Positions 45,001 to 53,785 of a stretch of DNA of 64,000 bases are shown piece after piece. Location of the stretch: assembly GCA_046563655.1 (NCBI GenBank), contig JAJCTO010000015.1, forward strand, positions 62,001 through 126,000, given 5' to 3'. The stretch comes from Yuukianura sp. NJ FZ-2021. Its lineage: Eukaryota. Numbering within the stretch: the stretch's first letter is position 1; the number at the start of each line of letters is the position of its first letter. The position numbers and the translations under genes were made by a program. The notes below the pieces were generated by a model that did no database searches, was not told the origin of the DNA, and saw nothing but the letters and a program-made list of their open reading frames with translations.

Positions 45001-46402
45001 GTAACTCATTTTCACCCGGCATCGCTCCGAGTGGAGGTTCTTGAAACAAATTTTCATAAAGAAAAGTAACGAGATGAGGGACGACACGGCAAGTGAAAGT
45101 GGGTTCCTGTAGCACTTTTTATGAGGATCTCAAAAAGGTAGTTGACTTTTACCTAGCATCGTTCCGGAATGCATTTCTTTTGAATTCTTTGTTTTAAAAC
45201 TTGAATTTTCATAAATAAAGGTAACAAGATGAGGCACGACACAGCAAGTGAAAGTGCGTTCCTGTAGCACTTTTTATGAGGATTTCAAAAATGTAATTTA
45301 CTTTCTGTTCATTCGCACATTCGCATGTTCATTCTCTCAAATTTAAGTCGTTTTCTACAAAATGGTGCTCGGCATTGCTCAATTTGCCGTTTACCAACCC
45401 AAGATAAACTCCGGGGCAGTGCGGTTCATCCAGACTTTTAAGCACACTCTAACCAGATTTAATGGCGATCTATCCACGCCAATCAAACTTGGGTTCCTGA
45501 AGTACTTTTCAGGAGGATTTCAGAAAGTAACTCATTTTCACCCGGCATCGCTCCGAGTGGAGGTTCTTGAAACAAATTTTCATAAAGAAAAGTAACGAGA
45601 TGAGGGACGACACGGCAAGTGAAAGTGGGTTCCTGTAGCACTTTTTATGAGGATCTCAAAAAGGTAGTTGACTTTTACCTAGCATCGTTCCGGAATGCAT
45701 TTCTTTTGAATTCTTTGTTTTAAAACTTGAATTTTCATAAATAAAGGTAACAAGATGAGGCACGACACAGCAAGTGAAAGTGCGTTCCTGTAGCACTTTT
45801 TATGAGGATTTCAAAAATGTAATTTACTTTCTGTTCATTCGCACATTTGCATGTTCATTCTCTCAAATTTAAGTCGTTTTCTACAAAATGGTGCTCGGCA
45901 TTGCTCAATTTGCCGTTTACCAACCCAAGATAAACTCCGGGGCAGTGCGGTTCATCCAGACTTTTAAGCACACTCTAACCAGATTTAATGGCGATCTATC
46001 CACGCCAATCAAACTTGGGTTCCTGAAGTACTTTTCAGGAGGATTTCAGAAAAGTAACTCATTTTCACCCGGCATCGCTCCGAGTGGAGGTTCTTGAAAC
46101 AAATTTTAATAAAGAAAAGTAACGAGATGAGGGACGCCACGGCAAGTGAAAGTGGGTTCCTGTAGCACTTTTTATGAGGATTTCAAAAATGTAACTTACT
46201 TTCTGTTCATTCTCACATTTGCATGTTCATTCTCTCAAATTTATGTCGTTTTCGACAAAATGGTGCTCGGCATTGCTCAATGTGCCGTTTACCAAACCAA
46301 GATAAACTCCGAGGCAGTGCGGTTCATCCAGACTTTTAAGCACACTCTAACCAGATTTAATGGCGATCTATCCACGCCAATCAAACTTGGGTTCCTGAAG
46401 TA
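1..46402. repeat. Tandem satellite array, 527-bp unit (sub-repeats A 137 + B 155 + C 235 bp) with 372-bp (A+C) and 390-bp (B+C) variant units
   Basis: Identical ORFs recur every 527 bp (320, 847, 1374...). Shared TTCCTG box starts at 452, 589, 744 and 979 give spacings of 137/155/235. 372-bp steps (9279->9651) and 390-bp steps (917 = 527+390) appear further right. Runs off the left edge of the window. Confidence 0.99.
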
Positions 46403-46666
46403 CAGTGCTTTCAATTACCCCCAGTAAATGCTTTCCCTTGGGTGGGGAGGAAAATCTCTTTGCGCGCCGAAATTGCGCGGCAAGACCAACTGAAATAAAG
46501 AAAAACAAAACTTGCTTATCTCACTTTGTTCGTCCACCAGACTTAACTTTGAGATTTTAATTAGTTGTTTTTTGGTATAAACCAATTAGTTAAAGTGGTT
46601 GGGCTCCATCGATTGATCCTGACCCTTCACACAGCCTGTCATTCACCGCTTACTAAGGAAACCAAG

Positions 46667-46753
46667 GTAATTGAATTCGTAAATAACGAAATGTTGTTTG
46701 AGGAACCATAAAACCTGAAATTGAAAACTAATAATTTTTAATTTTTTTTTCAG
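46667..46753 (+). other. Putative 87-nt intron in the 5' UTR of the transposase (copy 1)
   Basis: AAG|GTAATT donor, CTAAT branch-like motif, T-tract and CAG acceptor ending 7 nt before the ATG. The signals are conserved in the diverged copy 2 (60632-60719, branch CTAAC). A TATAAA lies upstream at 46576-46581. Confidence 0.55.
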
Positions 46754-46760
46754 TTGAGGT

Positions 46761-47860
46761 ATGGCTGTTCCCTACTCCAAAAATCAACGAATCAAAATCG
46801 TCCAACTACGCTACCAGCATTTCCACGAATCCTACACGGACGTAATGCGTCGATACAACATTGATCCTGTTTCCATCAATCGTCCAATGATTTATTCCAA
46901 AGATGTCAAAGCGATTATTGAAAAATTTGAAGAAACTGGCTGTGTTGACTCGTCACACCGGACTAAAGGAAGCCGACCACTGACTGCTACTGACGAAAAT
47001 ACTTCAGCAGTTGTCCTAGCCGCTTTTGAAGCGGAACCCCACACAACAATAGGGAATGTGGCCTTGGAATGTGGAATCTCACCTGGCTCCGTACATAAGA
47101 TCGCAAAAAAATACAAGTACCGGCCGTACAAAGTTCGAGTACATCAGCAGCTTAAGCAGACTGACTATGTCAAACGAGTTCAATTTGCTCAAGATTTGAT
47201 ACCGAGAATGAACGCAGTACCGGACTGGGCGAAAAGGGTGGTTTTTAGTGACGAGGCAAAGGTACTGTTGAACGGAGTTTTTAATCGCCAGAATTATCGG
47301 TATTGGTCAAATGATAATCCCCACTGGCTGGCAGACTTGAAATCACAAGGTGCGCCAAAACTGGATTTATGGGTCGGATTCTTTGGGGACGAGGTCATTG
47401 GTCCATATTTCTTTCCGGGAAATGTGAATAGTTCAGCGTACCTTAACATGCTCCAAAATTACGCCTGCCCTGAAATTTTACGTTCCGCGACTCGACAAGG
47501 CATTCCACATCACGACATCATTTACCAGCAGGATGGGGCAAGTGTACACTGGGCAATAGTCGTAAGGAACTGGCTCAACGCAACGTTTCCAAACCGCTGG
47601 ATTGGTAGAGACGGTCCAATCGCATGGCCCCCGCGCAGTCCTGAGATGGCACCACTTGATTACTTTGGATTTGGGTTCATGCGCCAAAAAATTTTTTACC
47701 TCCTAGAGCTCAAACGATTCCTGATCTCCAAACTCGTGTCACACACTTTTTTAAAAATGAAATCACTGCCCAAATGCTGCGAAACGTTAGGCAAGGATTT
47801 TACGATCGTCTGCATCAGTGTTTGCAAGAGAATGGCCAACATTTCGAACATCTGCGTTAA
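46761..47860 (+). pseudogene. DD41D transposase, 1-bp frameshift near the C-terminus (366 aa if repaired)
   Basis: Motifs VVFSDEA, YQQDGASVH and WPPRSPEMAPLDY, with 41 residues between the 2nd and 3rd Asp. N-terminal HTH-like region. The T-run at ~47692 is T6 versus T7 in copy 2, shifting the C-terminal tail. Could be a homopolymer sequencing error. Confidence 0.88.
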
Positions 47861-48059
47861 CTGATTAACATTTAGAAGCTTACTGTGTGAATTAATTATT
47901 GAATGATAACTCTGATTTACAGTACAACTTTAATTCAACTCTAATTTGTTTCGTTTGATTAAAAAAAAATTTTTTGGAAGCCCGCGCAAAACTCGTCGTT
48001 TCCCGCCTTTTTTGTTTGAAATTGGAGAAAGCATTTACTAGGGGGAATTGAAAGCACTG

Positions 48060-51000
48060 TACTTTTCAGGAGGATTTCAGAAAAGTAACTCATTTTCACC
48101 CGGCATCTCTCCGAGTGGAGGTTCTTGAAACAAATTTTCATAAAGAAAAGTAACGAGATGAGGGACGACACGGCAAGTGAAAGTGGGTTCCTGTAGCACT
48201 TTTTATGAGGATCTCAAAAAGGTAGTTGACTTTTACCTAGCATCGTTCCGGAATGCATTTCTTTTGAATTCTTTGTTTTAAAACTTGAATTTTCATAAAT
48301 AAAGGTAACAAGATGAGGCACGACACAGCAAGTGAAAGTGCGTTCCTGTAGCACTTTTTATGAGGATTTCAAAAATGTAATTTACTTTCTGTTCATTCGC
48401 ACATTTGCATGTTCATTCTCTCAAATTTAAGTCGTTTTCAACAAAATGGTGCTCGGCATTGCTCTGGGTGCCGTTTACCAACCCAAGATAAACTCCGAGG
48501 CAGTGCGGTTCATCCAGACTTTTAAGTACACTCTAACCAGATTTAATGGCGATCTATCCACGCCAATCAAACTTGGGTTCCTGAAGTACTTTTCAGGAGG
48601 ATTTCAGAAAAGTAACTCATTTTCACCCGGCATCTCTCCGAGTGGAGGTTCTTGAAACAAATTTTCATAAAGAAAAGTAACGAGATGAGGGACGACACGG
48701 CAAGTGAAAGTGGGTTCCTGTAGCACTTTTTATGAGGATTTCAAAAATGTAATTTACTTTCTGTTCATTCTCACATTTGCATGTTCATTCTCTCAAATTT
48801 ATGTCGTTTTCGACAAAATGGTGCTCGGCATTGCTCAATGTGCCGTTTACCAACCCAAGATAAACTCCGAGGCAGTGCGGTTCATCCAGACTTTTAAGTA
48901 CACTCTAACCAGATTTAATGGCGATCTATCCACGCCAATCAAACTTGGGTTCCTGAAGTACTTTTCAGGAGGATTTCAGAAAAGTAACTCATTTTCACAC
49001 GGCATCTCTCCGAGTGGAGTTTCTTGAAACAAATTTTCAGAAAGAAAAGTAACGAGATGAGGGACGACACGGCAAGTGAAAATGGGTTCCTGTAGCACTT
49101 TTTATGAGGATCTCAAAAATGTAATTTACTTTCTGTTCATTCTCACATTTGCATGTTCATTCTCTCAAATTTATGTCGTTTTCGACAAAATGGTGCTCGG
49201 CATTGCTCAATGTGCCATTTACCAACCCAAGATAAACTCCGAGGCAGTGCGGTTCATCCAGACTTTTAAGTACACTCTAACCAGATTTAATGGCGATCTA
49301 TCCACGCCAATCAAACTTGGGTTCCTGAAGTACTTTTCAGGAGGATTTCAGAAAAGTAACTCATTTTCACCCGGCATCTCTCCGAGTGGAGGTTCTTGAA
49401 ACAAATTTTCATAAAGAAAAGTAACGAGATGAGGGACGACACGGCAAGTGAAAGTGGGTTCCTGTAGCACTTTTTATGAGGATTTCAAAAATGTAATTTA
49501 CTTTCTGTTCATTCTCACATTTGCATGTTCATTCTCTCAAATTTATGTCGTTTTCGACAAAATGGTGCTCGGCATTGCTCAATGTGCCGTTTACCAACCC
49601 AAGATAAACTCCGAGGCAGTGCGGTTCATCCAGACTTTTAAGTACACTCTAACCAGATTTAATGGCGATCTATCCACGCCAATCAAACTTGGGTTCCTGA
49701 AGTACTTTTCAGGAGGATTTCAGAAAAGTAACTCATTTTCACACGGCATCTCTCCGAGTGGAGTTTCTTGAAACAAATTTTCAGAAAGAAAAGTAACGAG
49801 ATGAGGGACGACACGGCAAGTGAAAATGGGTTCCTGTAGCACTTTTTATGAGGATCTCAAAAATGTAATTTACTTTCTGTTCATTCTCACATTTGCATGT
49901 TCATTCTCTCAAATTTATGTCGTTTTCGACAAAATGGTGCTCGGCATTGCTCAATGTGCCATTTACCAACCCAAGATAAACTCCGAGGCAGTGCGGTTCA
50001 TCCAGACTTTTAAGTACACTCTAACCAGATTTAATGGCGATCTATCCACGCCAATCAAACTTGGGTTCCTGAAGTACTTTTCAGGAGGATTTCAGAAAAG
50101 TAACTCATTTTCACCCGGCATCTCTCCGAGTGGAGGTTCTTGAAACAAATTTTCATAAAGAAAAGTAACGAGATGAGGGACGACACGGCAAGTGAAAGTG
50201 GGTTCCTGTAGCACTTTTTATGAGGATTTCAAAAATGTAATTTACTTTCTGTTCATTCTCACATTTGCATGTTCATTCTCTCAAATTTATGTCGTTTTCG
50301 ACAAAATGGTGCTCGGCATTGCTCAATGTGCCGTTTACCAACCCAAGATAAACTCCGAGGCAGTGCGGTTCATCCAGACTTTTAAGTACACTCTAACCAG
50401 ATTTAATGGCGATCTATCCACGCCAATCAAACTTGGGTTCCTGAAGTACTTTTCAGGAGGATTTCAGAAAAGTAACTCATTTTCACACGGCATCTCTCCG
50501 AGTGGAGGTTCTTGAAACAAATTTTCATAAAGAAAAGTAACGAGATGAGGGACGACACGGCAAGTGAAAGTGGGTTCCTGTAGCACTTTTTATGAGGATC
50601 TCAAAAAGGTAGTTGACTTTTACCTAGCATCGTTCCGGAATGCATTTCTTTTGAATTCTTTGTTTTAAAACTTGAATTTTCATAAATAAAGGTAACAAGA
50701 TGAGGCACGACACAGCAAGTGAAAGTGCGTTCCTGTAGCACTTTTTATGAGGATTTCAAAAATATAATTTACTTTCTGTTCATTCGCACATTTGCATGTT
50801 CATTCTCTCAAATTTAAGTCGTTTTCTACAAAATGGTGCTCGGCATTGCTCTGGGTGCCGTTTACCAACCCAAGATAAACTCCGAGGCAGTGCGGTTCAT
50901 CCAGACTTTTAAGCACACTCTAACCAGATTTAATGGCGACCTATCCACGCCAATCAAACTTGGGTTCCTGAAGTACTTTTCAGGAGGATTTCAGAAAAGT

Positions 51001-51278
51001 AACTCATTTTCACCCGGCATCGCTCCGAGTGGAGGTTCTTGAAACAAATTTTCATAAAGAAAAGTAACGAGATGAGGGACGACACGGCAAGTGAAAGTGG
51101 GTTCCTGTAGCACTTTTTATGAGAATCTCAAAAATGCAATTTACTTTCTGTTCATTCTCACATTTGCATGTTCATTCTCTCAAATTTATGTCGTTTTCAC
51201 ACAATGGTGCTCGGCATTGCTCAATTTGCCGTTTACCAACCCAAGATAAACTCCGGGGCAGTGCGGTTCATCCAGACT
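48060..51278. repeat. Satellite segment dominated by 372-bp (A+C) units, with 744-bp dimeric higher-order repeat
   Basis: ORF spacing of 372 bp (48704, 49076, 49448, 49820, 50192) with alternating variants (AVY...SHG versus AIY...SPG). Confidence 0.96.
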
Positions 51279-51695
51279 TGTAGCACCTCGTGCTACGTAA
51301 ACTGCCAAAAATGGCCTCAGACAAACGATCCGAGCACTGCCGGACTCATGCAACGAACTGAGGAACCAAAGAACACCAAATGAAACAACACGAAGACAAC
51401 ACAAAGACACGAAGACAAATAAATATAAAATATATTTATTTGTACAAAAGAATACAAAGTCTTCAGCTCATGCTGAGACAAACACCAAAAACCGACTGAC
51501 TGGCACAACTAGTCTCCAATACTCTCCTGCCTCTCCTCTAACACGCTAACTCTCTCAAAACTCGCGCTAAGCGCTAAACCCAATCTCACTAACGGCTAAA
51601 CTAAACCACTAACCTAACTACCCTAACCTAAGGCCACTCCCTAACCTCAAGGGGCAAACGACCCTAACCTAAAGGGGGAAAACCGGGGCACTTCA
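51279..51695 (-). repeat. 3' LTR (417 bp)
   Basis: Direct repeat of 58986-59400, differing by a few substitutions and 2 single-base indels. Minus-strand AATAAA at 51435-51440. Confidence 0.96.
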
Positions 51696-51708
51696 CCTTC
51701 CTCCTTCT
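51696..51708 (-). other. Polypurine tract
   Basis: Minus-strand AGAAGGAGGAAGG directly abuts the TG of the 3' LTR and overlaps the ORF3 stop codon. Confidence 0.9.
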
Positions 51709-53725
51709 AAAGATCGGGTTCCGGGGCATTCCTCGGGACACGATCTCCAACATCCTCAGCTTCTCGGGCTGCACGTTCTGCTTCTCGTTGCAAACGCTCC
51801 TCCTCAGCACGAATACGAAGATTCCGGCGACGATTCATGTTCAACCGTCGCCTGCGATGACGTCGTCTAGCTTCCTCTTCTGGCAGATGACGGAATCGGC
51901 AAAACATCACATCCGTATGCCGCTCGCTTCCACAGTGGGGACAGTTCCGCCGATCTCGCCGATCTCTTCGTTCGGCTGCAGCTACTACTTCCTGGGGCTC
52001 CTCCTCCATCGCAGCCATCACTTCCTGGGGATCTTCCTCTGGTACTTGTGGTTCGTAAACCACATTCGGATGGTCTTCTTGTGGTACTCCTACCACCTCG
52101 CGAAGGTCATCTTCAGAAACAGTGACAACCAACATGTCACCATCATCACTATCCATGAATTCCTCCACTGCACATTCCACTTCCACTTGAGATTCCTCTT
52201 CTTCCTCCTCCAATGGTTGGTCAGAAACATCTGACAAATCGGAAACATCCGATAAACCATCAATGTCAACAGGCACTGGAGCACTACTATTTACACTTTG
52301 GGAAGTTGTTTTACCAACTTCCGCCTCCATCCTGGCAATATCCTCTCTGGTGACTGGCGTATCCCAGTCAAAAACAGACAAATCCAGAGTCACTTTAGGC
52401 ACTGTAGCAGAACTATTTACACTTTTGGAAGTTGACTTAGCAACTTCCTGTTCCATTCTTTGTACATCTTCTTTAGTGATTGGTGTATCCCAATCAAACA
52501 CCGATAAATCCAAAGTCACTTTCTGCACCGTAGAAGTTGTAGCAGCAACTTCTGTGACTCCACCCACTACTTTAGTAGACACAAAAACTGCAAGTAGCAT
52601 CTCCAAATGACCAAATGACAAAACATTTTTGCCAATAACTCTCTCAATGTCCAACTTATTTTTAGGCCCTTCTTTGACCAATTGAGCACAAGTAACGTCA
52701 GCAATGACTTCTTTTGGTTGAACGTCCATCTCCCTGGCAACCAAGTCCCTCCAGCCAACAACTTGCTCCATCACACTTACACATAAAGTGGGCATGTCCA
52801 CTTTAGCCAGAATCTCACGGGCACTTAGATGAGGCTTAAACTTGTAGACTTTTAAGCACAAATCGTTACATAATTTGACAACCTCCTTCCACTTAACACT
52901 TTCACTATTGAAGTCATAACGTTTTTTCATGACTTCAAATACACGTAACAACAAATGCGAGTCACTTCTGGCGTACTGAATCATGTCTGGATGCATGTTT
53001 TGAACAGGGCGAATCCTAAAATCAGCCAATTGACAATCCTTGCGCACTGTCACACCAGGCAAGTAGTCACTAATCACTTTGTCCAGTCCACGTCCCTGAT
53101 GACCACCAAAGACAGAATCAACAATTTGAGTGTCAATTACACCCACGAAGAAGATTTGGTAGTGGAGCTGGAACATGAGCATGTCATTAACACTGCCATG
53201 CATAATCTTGACATAATTGCCATTGGAGAACACCTCACGTAACATCTGCATCTGAATAGGCACTTCAAATGGATCAATGATGAAATCCGATTCCTTGGTC
53301 GAAATCTGCAAGGAACAAACATAACGATCACGATAGCCCTTGTCATGACTAAACTCCATGTCCACACTGATTACTCGTTCGGCTCTCAACAAACCAAGCA
53401 TAACCATGAACTTTGCTTCCGTGTCGATAATGCGAATTGGCACTTGCAGTCTCTCATCCATAATCGGTTGTTTTGAAGGCTCCATCACTGCGTCCCACAA
53501 CCGAAAAACTTTCACTAACGACACATGAGGATGATATTTGTATGGGAATTCATCCCATGAATTCCGTTGAGCAGATTCAAATAAAAACATGTCCTTACGT
53601 TCCTGTGGACTCTTATCAGCAGTACCATACTTTAGTTCGCACTCACGTCTCTTCTTCCAGTAATCTTGAGTTTTCTTTTTCTTTCCACTGACTGGAACCA
53701 CATCACTAGCTACGGATGATGGCAT
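51707..53725 (-). CDS. ORF3: Rrp6/EXOSC10-like DEDDy 3'-5' exoribonuclease with HRDC domain and low-complexity C-terminal tail (672 aa from first ATG)
   Basis: ExoI ISVDME; CSLQISTKESDFIIDP (Rrp6: CLMQISTRTEDFIID); ExoII KIMHGSVND (KVFHGADSD); QLADFRIRP (QLADWRIRP); ExoIII YARSDSHLL (YARDDTHYL); HRDC WRDLVAREMD (WRDKTARRED). Uninterrupted frame, first ATG at 53725. Rrp6 motifs quoted from memory. Confidence 0.92.
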   Translation of the reverse strand: MPSSVASDVVPVSGKKKKTQDYWKKRRECELKYGTADKSPQERKDMFLFESAQRNSWDEFPYKYHPHVSLVKVFRLWDAVMEPSKQPIMDERLQVPIRIIDTEAKFMVMLGLLRAERVISVDMEFSHDKGYRDRYVCSLQISTKESDFIIDPFEVPIQMQMLREVFSNGNYVKIMHGSVNDMLMFQLHYQIFFVGVIDTQIVDSVFGGHQGRGLDKVISDYLPGVTVRKDCQLADFRIRPVQNMHPDMIQYARSDSHLLLRVFEVMKKRYDFNSESVKWKEVVKLCNDLCLKVYKFKPHLSAREILAKVDMPTLCVSVMEQVVGWRDLVAREMDVQPKEVIADVTCAQLVKEGPKNKLDIERVIGKNVLSFGHLEMLLAVFVSTKVVGGVTEVAATTSTVQKVTLDLSVFDWDTPITKEDVQRMEQEVAKSTSKSVNSSATVPKVTLDLSVFDWDTPVTREDIARMEAEVGKTTSQSVNSSAPVPVDIDGLSDVSDLSDVSDQPLEEEEEESQVEVECAVEEFMDSDDGDMLVVTVSEDDLREVVGVPQEDHPNVVYEPQVPEEDPQEVMAAMEEEPQEVVAAAERRDRRDRRNCPHCGSERHTDVMFCRFRHLPEEEARRRHRRRRLNMNRRRNLRIRAEEERLQREAERAAREAEDVGDRVPRNAPEPDL
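52278..52530 (-). repeat. 126-bp (42-aa) tandem duplication inside ORF3
   Basis: TVQKVTLDLSVFDWDTPITKEDVQRMEQEVAKSTSKSVNSSA followed by TVPKVTLDLSVFDWDTPVTREDIARMEAEVGKTTSQSVNSSA; nucleotide offset 126. Confidence 0.93.
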
Positions 53726-53785
53726 GATGGAAGTCAGGAAATGACTTCCAAAACAATGAAAAAGAACAACTGAACAGAGCACGTG

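Larger units (their letters stand above)
46403..48059 (+). mobile_element. Tc1/mariner-superfamily DNA transposon, DD41D (rosa/Visitor-like), copy 1
   Basis: 33-bp TIRs: left CAGTGCTTTCAATTACCCCCAGTAAATGCTTTC, right reverse complement has 2 mismatches. TA target duplication at 46401-46402 and 48060-48061, with satellite resuming exactly on both sides. Internal transposase ORF. Confidence 0.96.

Noticed and set aside
1..46402. CRISPR-like pattern of palindromic boxes separated by spacers
   Set aside because: The spacers are themselves repeated and over 100 bp long, there are no cas genes, and the context is eukaryotic.
1..46402. Tandem 5S rRNA, tRNA, snRNA or histone gene array
   Set aside because: No recognisable RNA gene or histone sequence in the 527-bp unit by eye; an Rfam/Infernal scan would settle it.
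46892..48171. Minus-strand ORFs over the DNA transposon (and equivalents at 60858-62139)
   Set aside because: Antisense shadows, or ORFs spanning the TIR-satellite junction.
51707..53782. ORF3 as an envelope gene or as the resident host Rrp6 gene
   Set aside because: No env-like signal/TM architecture is evident. It lies inside paired LTRs with a TSD, is intronless and appears to lack the PMC2NT region. The GTG start at 53782 is less likely than the ATG at 53725.
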